The notes beneath the pieces were generated by a model that ran no database searches, was not told the DNA's origin, and saw only the letters and a list, made by a program, of their open reading frames with translations. 64,000 bases of DNA from Trichoplax adhaerens (taxonomy: Eukaryota; Animalia; Placozoa). Where the stretch lies: the NCBI RefSeq assembly GCF_000150275.1, contig NW_002060946.1, positions 1,388,202 to 1,452,201 on the forward strand, read 5' to 3'. Of this stretch, positions 1 through 12,818 are shown one piece after another (position 1 is the first letter of the stretch; each line of letters begins with the position of its first letter). A program made the translations under genes and the position numbers.

Positions 1-374
1 GTACTAGTACAGTAGGGAATCCTGTTAAGCTTATGTGAGTGAGGCTCAAAATATTCCATTCTCAATCAAATTTATTGTTGCAGAATATTAGCAGGCGCTA
101 AATTGAGGCTGGTTCGAGATCGAAATCAAAATAATAATTATTTCTTTTCGGCTTGATACCATTCAATAGAATGTTTAAGATTTACGTAAAGAATTTAGCA
201 CCAGATATAGACTACAATATTACAGGATATAAATAGCTACGTCAGTACAGTTTTTCCATCATTTTCTTTCGGGTACAAGATCCAGTAAATCACACTTCTC
301 AATAATACGGGTATATTTCCTAGAAATAACTTCTTGCTCGCTATCGTCTTGTTACTCATTGTTTAACTTACAAA

Positions 375-1251
375 ATGTCCAAATTCATTGCACTTGTTCT
401 CGTCATTGCGACTTTTCTACCCAATGGAATGTCATCGGTATAGCTAATTATTTAACTTATCTTTTTTAACCATTACGCTATCGATAGAACTATACTAAAA
501 ATTCCATTGCTACTTCGATATATAATCAATACGAAATGATATTGTTGTCTCATAATAGGTTATCAAACATCACCCCAAATCGTGTTATGAAGTCAAAGAG
601 TATCTTCAAGCGACTGAAAATGGATATTACAACTTATTCGATAGCTTAAGCAGTCCTTATACGACATATTGTGATTTCGAATCAGAACCACCGTTCGTAT
701 GGACATTAATAGAGTCATTTTCTTTAGAAGAAGGTCAAAAAACAATTAATCGAAAAGGCTTTGTTGAAAATCATCCAGTTGGAGAATGTCATCTGTCATG
801 GGCAGCATTTCGACTATCCAAAATCAGAATGGATACGGTTTTTGGCTCGTATGGATCAACACATTATCGTGCAACGTGTAATTTTAATGTTGTTAATGGA
901 ACAGGATTAGTAAATCGTGTCGATTACATGCGTGGAGAGTTTTGTCATAATACGTATATATTTAAGTCTTATGGTGCATATCTATGCCGTGTCGTTGATT
1001 ATGTGAATATACGTGGACACGTCTGTCGCAAGTGTACATTGCCATTTTATGCTACAACAACCTACCATAATCATATCGATCTTACCTATTCGGCTTCTCA
1101 CTGTAGCAAATTCGCTGTTCCAGATGCGATTACGAATGAAGATGTTTTCGGCCAATATTCTAATTCTAATCCCTTATTTTCGTGTGTAGCTAATAAAAAC
1201 TCTACGACCAATTGGTGGATCGGTGGAGCTTATGTTGCAGAAGCATTTTAG
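375..1251 (+). CDS. Secreted fibrinogen/intelectin-like Cys-rich protein, paralog 1 (intact, 251 aa; exons 375-437, 559-1251)
   Basis: Exon 1 MSKFIALVLVIATFLPNGMSS is a hydrophobic signal peptide. A phase-0 GT..AG intron (438-558) follows. Exon 2 reads VIKHHPKSCYEVKE..NGYYNLFD..PYTTYCDFESEPPFVWTLIES.. in frame with ORF 829-1251. PxSCxE..GxY..CD..WTLI is the motif that begins fibrinogen-related domains. 10 Cys in the mature protein. Confidence 0.88.
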
Positions 1252-2889
1252 AATTCTAGTATTTTGAAGACATGTATCCTGATCATCAGGGATGAAGGCC
1301 AACTTTACTGCATTTTACTCTAATTTAACTTTTGATCAATAATTATACTTGTAATGCAATATTAGATAGTGGTGTTAAATATTTTAGTACTAGCAGTATT
1401 TCTTAGGATATGACGTAAAAATCTTTCTGGAACAGTTTTTGAAAAGAAATCGACAAGTATAGCAGGGCACGATTTCTGGTAGATAAATGATCAATTTTAC
1501 GATAACTAATTGTAGTTATGTATAATTGCGCTGAGATTCTGAGTAGAAACTATATTACAAGCATACTCATATTTTTTTCGATATATCCTACGTTTGCTAT
1601 TGTAATCATTTTAGTTGCTCTGCACGTTAATATGCCATCATAGACTACAGGTATTTTCTTTTCTTGCTTATGCTACGAATTTAATAAATTTTTTTTTTAT
1701 CTTATTTGACAACTTGAAACAATATCACCTTAATAAATCAAATGTCAATAGATCTATTGAAACCAGAAAGGAAATGATAATAAATAGGGAGTAAATCCGT
1801 TATTCGTTACTAAATCGCATGATAAAGTGACATATTTTAGTCAGCTGCAGTTCTCTTAGCTACTGCTTCCGATAGTTTAATTGAAGGAGATTAGCATATT
1901 TTGTGCCTCAAATTTATTGCTTTGAAACCGGTTTAAGTGATGTGGATAAAGGTACTCGTATACTCGTAAATAAATTTCAGAGCAAATGGTTTTAAGTAAA
2001 ATCATTTCAAAGCTCACCAACACATTACAGTAACTGCAAGCGATTCAACTCCACTCCTCTAGATCAAGAGTAAAATATGTTTTTAAAATGATGTTGTAAT
2101 TTAAGGTTTTAGCGCATGTACTGCACTACCTTACTGGAGGGGCTTTATCATGTAATCAAGAATCGAAAAGGCATGAAACCGAGGTAAAGGCTAATTCATC
2201 TAAATTTGTTGCATATACAACAACGTTCTTTTATCACCATGGATGATTATAAAAATTTGCTTAGTAATGATAAAATTATTTCCGTAGAGTATGAATAAGA
2301 GTAAAGCCAATATGGAAGTCCTATTATATAATCGATATGATGTATTTTGTTCCAAAACAGGACTATGAGTCCACTTTGTATACACAGCAATTAATCATCT
2401 CTCTAGATGCTTTCTAACCACTGCGTGAAGATAATCAGTAATAGTTTAGATCCAAATTCAAAACGAGGCTAAGGGTAAGTATATCTCTTCAAGGTCATTA
2501 TAACTATTGTTCTCATTTAAGTAGGACCACCTACTTGAGATCAGCCTATAGAGAAGTTTTTAATTGTATTTTCTGCAAGTTTTTCAGTACACATCTCAGT
2601 AAATAATGTTAATCAATCTTTCGCTAATCGGGTAGTAATTATTAAACTACATAAATTACTGCTTCGAAAAATATCTATTAATTCGTGAACCGACTATCAC
2701 TTTCTGCTTATGAATGTCGTATAAGTATCTTATTCCTTCAAAGTATAGATGACTTTGCAAGTCAGTCCATTTTTTTCTACCTAAATATTTGATGTTTTGT
2801 CAAGACCAGGCAACCTTTAAAGCGTTAACTAGTTATTAATAATTAATAATAGTACGATAACGTGCTTATAATTTAGGCAATCCTTTAAC

Positions 2890-3284
2890 ATGACTTCTAC
2901 AGCATCTTTTGCGATAATAGCTATAGTGGTTGTGCCCGTAATCCTATCATCGGTAAGTTCAATCTTCAAATTTTTTGTTCTATTAACGATAGTTTACAAT
3001 CATAAGGATATGTGAAAAAGTAAAGTCTTATAACTATAATAATTTGAATTAATTTACACTAATAGGTATACTACAAGCCTCAATCCTGTTCTGAAGTCAA
3101 GCAATATCTAAAGCCTTCTGAGAGCGGTTACTTTACGTTATATGATTCTGGTGGCAACTCATTTAAAAGCTTCTGTGATTTTCAGCCGAAACACTGGTTT
3201 ACTTGGACTTTTCTTGAATCGTTAATAATAAAGATTGGCCAATATCAAGAGGTCGAGCCGATATGCATGATGCTGTATCATTAA
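2890..3284 (+). pseudogene. Truncated paralog 2 of the secreted fibrinogen-like family (exons 2890-2952, 3066-3284; 93 aa if translated)
   Basis: Signal exon MTSTASFAIIAIVVVPVILSS with GTAAGT donor. Exon 2 VYYKPQSCSEVKQYLKPSESGYFTLYDSGGNSFKSFCDFQPKHWFTWTFLESL.. loses homology and stops at TAA 3282-3284. No C-terminal region is recognisable downstream. Confidence 0.78.
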
Positions 3285-4963
3285 ATTTTACCTAAAGTGC
3301 ACATAATTCACAAGGAGGGATGACAGAGGGTTTTCGCGTCTAATTTTCTCTCGTTTTGTGGGAGAGATCAACGAAAATCTAAAATAATTCCTATTAATTA
3401 CCAATGTAAAGTTCAGATTACATTCATTCTTTTTCTATGGTTAAAATTATAATGAAATTATTATTACATATCGCCTCAAATTGGTACATGCATACTCAGT
3501 AATGTAACTTGATAATACCTAATAACTATTTTATATTAAAAATTATTGCATTATTTGCCTTAATCTTCGTCTTACGATGGTCCGTTATACAGTAAATTAA
3601 ACTTTTCTTCTGTAGTGAAGTCTCACCATTTCATCTCCGTAATTCTAATAAAACAATGTTACATACTTTGATTGACGAGCAATACATCAGTTTGACGGGT
3701 AACTACTTCTGACGAAACAGAACTGATTACTTTGCGCAGTAAAAGATAACTTAACTTTGTAATAAACTATAATAAAATCTGCTATTTGAGACTATACGTA
3801 CTCTGTATACTAGAATGATTATAAGCATAGGCCTAGTTTGCAAATTCTATTTTTTTCACAGCATAGCCAGAAAAGAATTCAATAATATGAAATAAACCCT
3901 TAAAATTAGTACTACTTTACGTCGTAAGAAGGTAAACATTGATGCAGGAGGAAGAAAAGGGAGATGAAGTCGTATTAAAACGGTCATCACAAAGCCTCTC
4001 TAATCTTGATAAAGAAGTAATCATCAATTGAATTTATGGTAATATAAGTAATTTACTAAGGTGCAAAATTTGTAACGAGGTTTGCTATAAGATGTTGTTA
4101 ATGAGTTTAGCCGCTCTAGAACGCAAAGGAAACTGGAGTGCATAGAACATTTGAATTAACTTTAAATTCATGCTAACCCTGTATCAAATTTTACATTAAG
4201 TTATGCACCTCAGTAAATCTTATGCAAGATGCTTCAACTCATGTAGTAAAAATGGGGATAATATGTACGGTAACGAAAGAGCAAAGACAGAGGAAATTAT
4301 AATTATTAACATTACTACTATAATCAGCACGACTAGAAGTTTCCACTTTGGACAACTAGTATGAAATCGTCTGCGCAAATAATTTTATCACATTGCATCT
4401 GGACCTTACTTTATAGCAGCAAATTATTGCGTCTGAACTACGGCATCTTATGAGTTTACATTCAATGTATCATAAAAAAGTTGTTGATGCCTAACTAGCA
4501 GCCCTGATATGATTAGCTCGAACTTGTGGCTCATCTTCTGCCATTTAATGTCAACGGTTTAATAAATGCAAGGCTCAAGTAATTACTCATTATTAGAGCA
4601 TTTAAAGTATTCGAAAGACAGCCTCTTGCGGAGATGACTTCACTGTTTATCAAAGTGAGGTAGACTACATGCCGTAATTCTCGGGCGTAGAAATCTTTAT
4701 TCTTTTAATTGTTGTATTATATCCAATGGCATTGGTATCTCAAATTGAGGCTAACAACAAAAGGAATTAATACAGTGATCTACCTATTCATCAACTCTAG
4801 ATGTTTGCAGTCATCAAGTACCGTACTATCAGAAATAATAAAATTTTTAAGTATAAATTTGAACAACATCAAAATATGCCAGTATTCTGCAGAAATTTTG
4901 TATTTCGAGAGCAACTTTTTGAATAGCTCAACTGAACACTCTTAACTACTCATTAAATTCAGG

Positions 4964-5814
4964 ATGGCAAAAACCTCACATCTTCTTCTTGCAGTCGTGG
5001 CTCTACTACCATTTGTTATATCTAAAGTAAGTTTCAATAGTCCTCCTATCTTCAATTCCGAGATTCTGCACTAATTGCGACTTCAATAATTTGAGTTTTA
5101 TTTATAAAATATTTACCGGTATATCCACTTCTGTAGATGCATCATAAACCTTAATCGTGCTATAAAGTCAAGCAATACCTTAATCCTACAGAAAGCGGGT
5201 TTTTTACTTTATACGATGTTAACAATAACCCATTCCGAAGCTTTTGCGATTTCGAATCAGAATCACCTTTCGTCTGGACATTAATCGAATCTTTAACATT
5301 GGAAAACGCTCAAAAAGCGCCTTTTCGTAAAAGCTTCGAGCTTAATCTTCCATTAGGCAAATGTAACACATCAATGTCTCTATTTCGTTTAACATCAGCT
5401 CATAGAAGCTCAATTTTAGGTGCGTACGGATCGAAACACTATCGTTCGACCTGCAATTTTGATATTGATATGGGAACTGGCTTAGCTAATCGTCGTGATT
5501 ATTTAAGATTTTCCGCATGTAAAGGCCTTTATATTCTTACCACTAACAGTGCTCGTTGTGTAGAAGTAGATTATATCAACGTTAGAGGGCAATCATGTAG
5601 AAAATGCAGCGTACCATTTTACAGTTCTACATCACAGCATCTTCACATCGATCTCATTGTGGCTAGTACCTACTGTAGAAAATTTGTTGTTACTGACCAT
5701 ATTGCAAATGAAGACGTTTTCGGTCACTATAGCAATCTTAATCCTACATTTTCTTGCGCCACAAATAAAAATTCAACTACTGCTTGGTGGATAGGAGGAG
5801 CATTCATCGAATGA
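4964..5814 (+). pseudogene. Paralog 3 of the secreted fibrinogen-like family with a single premature stop (exons 4964-5026, 5137-5814)
   Basis: Signal exon MAKTSHLLLAVVALLPFVISK. Exon 2 reads MHHKP*SCYKVKQYL..; TAA at 5152-5154 sits where paralogs have AAA/CAA. The rest is open to 5814 with all conserved motifs (WTLIES, HYRSTC, DYINVRG, CRKC, EDVFG, WWIGG). Confidence 0.78.
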
Positions 5815-7698
5815 ACTTTTCTCGTACCGTATTTGTCAGCACATGTTCGCGTCTCCGTTGATTGTTTCTACAAGATTTTCGATTATTTGCTATGAATATT
5901 AGATCTATTCTAGCACCATTTTAGCGTATTTAAATCAGATGTTATAACCACAATTCAACTTCGTATCATTATGGTAGATCTCTACTATTATTAACATGTA
6001 ATAGATCGCACTTGATCATGTAAGATAGCTGATAATGACTTCATGTGTGTTCTCTTTATCTTGCATCTCCTACCGAGATACCAATTAGCAAATTTTAGCC
6101 TTATAATAAGGCTTATTTATTTTAAAGTCAATTCTGTACATAAGTTAAACGATTAACCTTCCTAATATGAAAGGATATGAGTAATAAGTATGCATATGAT
6201 TATGCTTAAGCAGGTCAAATAAATACGAAGGCGAAAAGATGCATTTTACTTAGCGATCCTTGTCAGCACCTATAAAAGTAGGTTTCGCCGCGGCCCTTTA
6301 CATCTTAAAACTTCCTTTTTAATAATTTGACTATAAATGCGCATTATCGATATCGCTGATAGAAGTAATATTACAATGGACGAAAAATTCAAATAAAACT
6401 ACCAACTTCTGAATCCCAACGCAAGGAAATTAGGGGAAAGCACAGTTTATTATAATAACTATCTAAAAATTCTATTAATTGTACATGATAAATTACAAAA
6501 AGGGCAGAATTGCTGCCTTAACCAATCAAATTATCAACGTAAAATACGATTTACTGACGAATTAGGTAAATTATTTACTTCACCTTCTCTATCTTGAACT
6601 ACTAAGCTATTGAACTAGGCCATCTTTTATTTGCCACATAGAGCAGTAGTTAGATTACTATCTTACAGTACCGTTCTAAAGTAATCCTAATCAAACTAGC
6701 AATTGAACGCATATGATAAACAAATTATACCCTAGATTCCCGAAAGACTAAATTAATAAAAATTAACCGTAATTTAACTACAACAAGGATTTCCTACAGT
6801 ATACGAAAGGTAACTATAATAAAGCATTATAAAAGATCATCAATCTTAAATTAGAATCCTGATTAGAACTTTCAGGTTTTCAGTGTATTTCGTTATAAAA
6901 TAATGTCATTTCTGGTGTAACTTCTAGTCAAGTTAGCTGCTAATTTTAAGATTGCAACTTGATTGCTGTATTATCTAAATATATGGCCAAATTTACAATC
7001 TTACATTGTGCAACTCTTAGCAAAATTAAGTTAACGAATGCTATTAAATTCTAGTCAGAACAAAGTGGTCATGTTTACGATATATTAAAACACTAAGTAG
7101 AATCTGCCATAATTAAATCAAATTAAATTACTTTTTAAGTCACAATACTTACTGAAATTAAATAAACTTGAAGAATTCTAAAAATTAACCTTCATTACGT
7201 AGATTTTACTAAATTATCAATTAAAATACAGTATACTACATGATGTTGTATGGCTACATTTAGGACTACTGGTACCGATATGAAAATTATCTTACTTTAC
7301 AGCTTACACTTATAGCCATGTAGCAGCCTACAACTGTTAATGCTTTAGATTGAAAATTATTTACTAAATACAAGCAGACACTGTTCTTCTCAGCAAGAGG
7401 CTTAAAGATGTTGATGAACGCATCTCATCGGTTGCTTGTACCTCTTAATAACTTTTATCTTAAATACTTTAAGATTCGATCGATTTTTTTCAGAATAAAT
7501 TGCGATATACTGTATGTGAATGAAGTTTCGTCTAATATTAATACTAGTAGTTCGTATTAGTCATGTTTGAGTTGTGGCAATGAATAAGTGGAAGAATAAA
7601 ATCAGTATCGTCTCTAATATCAATTCAATCATAATACGGCTCGGTACTGCATCGGGAAGCAATAATTAACAACAATTATCTTAATATAGCTGTTGTGT

Positions 7699-7885
7699 TA
7701 AGAGCCTCAAATCATTTCTTTCCTAGGAGCAATGTCAAAATATCCATAGCACATATCGTAAGAATGATTGTTGAGCTACAACAATTGCCTTCATAGCTAT
7801 TTTATTAAGAGCCTCAAAATCATTTCTCCTACGAAAAAATGTCATAATATCCATCGTACACATAATAGGAATAATTGCTACACTG
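7699..7885. repeat. Diverged direct duplication, ~108-bp period, 2 copies
   Basis: TAAGAGCCTCAAA(A)TCATTTCT..AATGTCA.AATATCCAT.G.ACA occurs at ~7699 and again at ~7806. Confidence 0.6.
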
Positions 7886-8644
7886 TGTATGATCAGCTCA
7901 ATATCACTTCTTGTTCATTTACTAGCACAGAGAACTCGAAATAAGATGGAATAATTTTGCATAACAATGGAAGTAGAGCCAAGAAATGAATAATATGCAT
8001 CCAATAGAATTTCCGCTACCATTACCAGAATTCATTTACTATATTCTGGCTGATTAGTTGAATATCAAGCAAGTAACCAGGAAGCGGATTTCTAAAATTT
8101 TGGAATAAGGAAAGTTGCAATTTTCTCGTTAATTAAAAGATGTAACATTTATTAGGTACGATATCGATACAGTTTTAAGCAGAGGGGCTCAAATCTTTAA
8201 TTTGAAATTTTAGAATAGACTCCCATACTGCAATTTATCTCGTATTACAAAGGATTGACTAAGATTGTGTTTATTAAATGACATCAACAAATTTCCCGTT
8301 TTCAAATCACTGATTATGGGAACGAGGCTATGTTGATTTTATAATTGACAGCTAATCATTGAATCGCTCTTCGATGTCACCTCTACGCACATGATTTCTA
8401 TAGGCTCCATTTCCACTTTTTACTTTATAATCAGTTATTGTGAATGAATGTATCGAAGGTAAATAATTTCAATATCTAATTAATAGTCTTACAAGAGTCG
8501 AAAGAATATAGACTGATAGCGAGGACACCATTGTTCCCTAACGTAAATATTTCCCCTTATTCATGAGTGTCAAATATATTCTATTCACTAAAGCATTACA
8601 GTTAGAATCACTTATAAGTAATAAAACGTTCAGTATATAGCGGT

Positions 8645-8651
8645 TATAAAT
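8645..8651 (+). promoter_or_regulatory. Candidate TATA box of paralog 4 (similar TATAAAT/A at 228, 4852, and 13767 on minus strand)
   Basis: TATAAAW lies 75-150 nt upstream of the ATG in four of the six paralogs. Weak evidence in an AT-rich genome. Confidence 0.3.
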
Positions 8652-8719
8652 CAGAACTACGATTTTGTGACAAAGATCATTCGCTCGAAAATCATCTTTA
8701 CAAGATTGTAATTGCAGAC

Positions 8720-9571
8720 ATGGCAAAACTTTGTTTTCTAATCCTTATGGCGTTTGCCATCGTTCCTGCGGTAATGTCTTCGGTAAGTTTGCCATAATTA
8801 TATTATCCTATTATTCAAACGAGTGTTTGATTTCTTAAACAAGTTATTTTATTCTATCTTCATCGCACAAAGGTAATCAAGCATAAGCCTAAATCGTGCC
8901 ATGAAATAAAGGAGTTTATGCAAACAACCGAAAATGGATTCTATAACCTGTTCGATTCTAATCTCAGCCCATATACAACTTATTGCGATTTCGAATCGGA
9001 GCCCCCATTCATTTGGACCTTAATTGAATCCGTTACCTTACACGAAGCCCAACAGTTAGAAAACCGAAAATCTTTTTATTATGACCATCCTCTTGCTGAG
9101 TGTCATATAAATTGGAATAAATTCCGTTTATCTAAAGTTCGAATACAAAGTATCCAAGGTTCATACGGTACAACGCATTATCGAGTTACTTGCAACTTTA
9201 ATCCCGTTAATGGAACTGGCTTAACAAACCATCGCGATTACCTTCGAGGTTCTCTCTGTCAATACACGAACTTTTATAGTGCCACCTCAAGTTACTATTG
9301 CGTTCGCGTTGATTACATTAACGTTCGAGGAAAACTTTGCCGAAAGTGCAGGGTACCATTTTATGGAGGTAATACAAATCATCAGTTTGTTGATTTGGGA
9401 ACAGCAGCAACAGCTTGCGATAGATTCGACGTTCCGGATAAAATATCGAGTGAAGATGTATTTGGAAACTACAAAAATGTCAATCCACAGTTCTCTTGCT
9501 CCGCCAATTCCAATTCTACAACCAATTGGTGGTTAGGCGGTGCTTTCATTGCAGAACAATTAATATATTAA
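8720..9571 (+). CDS. Secreted fibrinogen/intelectin-like Cys-rich protein, paralog 4 (intact, 253 aa; exons 8720-8782, 8873-9571)
   Basis: Signal exon MAKLCFLILMAFAIVPAVMSS, then a phase-0 intron 8783-8872. Exon 2 VIKHKPKSCHEIKEF joins ORF 8918-9571 in frame. Same 10-Cys pattern; closest to paralog 1. Confidence 0.9.
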
Positions 9572-12500
9572 ACTATTTCTTTGATAGCTAGTTTAGTAAA
9601 CGATCCTTACTTTCTACTTTAGTACTCAACTACTGTCTCGCCGTCTTTATCAAGAGTCCGGTTATTAATTCGATAGAAATTAGACTATTAGAAGTAGTTA
9701 ATTTTCCTTCTAGCGGACTAGTTTTCATATTGTTGTTTGATAAAAATTTTAGTTTGCAAACGGAAAGGAAGCTGTGCTGTGAAATTGTAACCTTTACATC
9801 ATTTTTACCGTTACTGTATCCTCCTGTTCGTAATTTTTACGTTAAAATCTCCTGAAAATTCGTTAAATGTTATTGCAGCATAAAATTTAGTAGAAGAGGA
9901 ATCGATAGATAAGATTTCGACCATTTGAAACCTTAATAAAAATAAAATACGCCAACTTCCTTTAATAATTTTACTCTCATTGTGACTAACTAAAAATGTC
10001 TTCATTCAATATTCTCAACTACTATCCTTTTTACTGACCAACGATGCAATAATCTGCGCTAGCATATTAACAAAGATCTATTTGAGTACATAAGGCAATT
10101 GTAAGGAAAGTGTTAATCATCTTTCTTTCGTACTTATATCATATTCCTGATTATTGATGCCTTACTAATTCACTTTCTACCGACATACATGATATGATAT
10201 GTTACAATTTTAATTAGTTCAGGAATGTTCCGATTGTATTGAAATTAGTTACTGATATGTGGCTTACGTATGAATTTCGGCCAACACTTGATAGAAATTT
10301 ACACACAACTATCGCTATAGTTGTTCCAGTTAGTACTATCAATAAATATGGCAAACTGCCGCTACATTTGATTGCCCTAGGCCGCCGAAACTCTTTCTAA
10401 AACTACACACCTACGCCCTTCAACTGCATATGTAGTAATTGGCCAAAAGTTTTGTTACAGTAACCTACACTGTGGCCGTTGTCAATTAATATTAATTTTA
10501 GAGCTACACGCGTATTAACCAAAAGTATTTCAATTGAAACCACAAGTGCTTTTGCTCAAGTAATGTACATAGTAACTCTTTAGTCTCAAGCTGAGAAATT
10601 ACAGTGATACAAGGTCATTTGGCTCTCAAAATCCCTAACGCAACATTATTTTAATCCCGAATTCAACTTTTTTATGCTATTACTATTTCTTGATCAATTT
10701 ATGATTTGCAACTACGTGCTCATAGAATTCAAATAGCCCGAAAACGAGGCTTTAAAAATAATACCTTTGGCAGTAAACATAATAAGAATGGAATTTGGGC
10801 TAATGCTCGAATTGAGATAGTTAATTAAGTACAGAATTAGGTCGACAGCAGCTAAGATTTTTTATCAATTAAAAATATAGAGTATATTTATGCTAGTTTC
10901 GCTATCTTACGAACTCACGATCGAATCCTGAAGTTTTACCGAGTTGGATACACTGATTCGATAATTTTGGGATAAATTGAATCAATTTTCAGATGGTACC
11001 AGATATTGCATTCTACTGCATTATATTTTTCTCCCAGATTATAATACCACTACAGAGTATTATGTTGAGTTGATACGACTAACCTAACAGATGGTAATTT
11101 TGCAGGTGGCGATAACTGTACGCACCATGCTATCAGTTTAGTACCCTAACTACTGGAAATATTAAAAAGATCGTAAATGCTCTACATTAATAGTATAAAT
11201 AATTATATAATTTAATCTGTCTGGTTTATAGTTGCTAATCAAGTTGCTCGATATTAAATATATATCATGACGAAACCATTTTTGCTTTCTTTACCTCCTT
11301 CAGTTTAATACTTCTACAATATTTCAGAAAGTTTGAACGGCCAGAATACGAAGACAATTTTCATGTCGTGTTTATAAATATCTTGATCTTTCGACCATAC
11401 GAGTATGTTAATAGTATTTTTCTCCTCCCTAGACTACTGCTTTTCAGCTTTCTGACGGCACGATATTTTCAAGATTTATATATGAGAGAACAAACGGATT
11501 ACAGCGAGTAAAGTCTATTCGCATTTAAGTTGATATACCATGATGTGTTGTGATAGATAAGGCAATGAATTACTAAAACAAGTATATAATACGGTATTAC
11601 AGCTATACTATTTAAAAACAGTAAATCCTAAATAAAAAGTGATTTCTAGTAAGTCTACTAGGTGAAGTGTATCAAAATCCCTCGTGCCAACATTAACAAC
11701 TAAGCGTGGAAATACAACGGCTAGCACTGGAATTCATTGTAGAAATCTATTTAAGCTCGTGTGTTTGTAGAATAAATCAGTAGTTGCTCAAGAATGGTGT
11801 AAGACTAGTATAGTGAAGAATAGTGTAATATATTTAGTTATCTGTGGAGTTCAGTTAAGAAATCGAGTTCTCGTATATCACTAACATAGAAACTGGAGAT
11901 ACTGGAAGAAGTAGCCCGAGTTATTATAGTTACAAGAGAGATTCTTTACTTAGTTAATTTACGTTTCCTTTGTCATAAGAGAGGGTTGTGACAGTACTCT
12001 TTTTACAAATTTATAGAAAATCGGTGAATACTTCTTAAAATTTTAAGGAAGACTACGACTATAGATATATTTGTAGCACTGCTATTTTATCAATTAATGG
12101 CTTTATTGACATAAAATATTGCGGAAGTCCATCAAGCGTAAGACAGTGGAAATAAAGTGTGACGGAGGTGCACTGCCTTATGTGCTGGAATCGTCTGCAA
12201 TACCGGTATCGTTGATGTTTTTTATCGTGATCATGAATAGCAAAGGTTGAAGAATATGCCATAATAGAATTTCAAATATGTTTCATATTCGAATTATGAC
12301 GGTTATACGGTTTTTTATTGAATGGCCCTTGTACAATAACCATTATTTAAAGTTTTTAAATCAGTGTGTTACTGCAATAATTGCGTCTCACAATAACTAT
12401 CTTAGTCAAATGGTATTTTTTAAAAGGCTTTCATTACAAGTTAGTGATTTCAGCTAATTACAGTAGTTTAGGGCTAACAACCCGTACACTACAACAAGGT

Positions 12501-12818
12501 TTTAGAAATAGTAGAGCAATAATTAATTACTACAAGAATCTAGTCTAAAATTGAAAGTATTCCGAGCTCAAAGCGAAGTGAAGTCTCTTCTCCATCGTAG
12601 GCTCATCTCTGCAGTTCTTATAAACATTTCGTTAAATCCATTTATGACAACTTGATTCATCTACAATCAGACATGAGTCATCAAACAAAAATACTTTTTT
12701 CAAATGGTACATCATTATCTTCTACAGTCTAAAATAATTCTACTTAAGATGTCGCTACTCTTCTATCAACGTCTAACCCCTTTCGTATAATCAAATATGG
12801 GTGCATCACTACAGTTAC

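Noticed and set aside
9279-9536. Alternative-frame and antisense ORFs overlapping real genes (also 20758-21057, 22718-22957, 23471-23698, 37835-38047, 54394-54675)
   Set aside because: These are shadow frames of real exons with no motifs or splice support.
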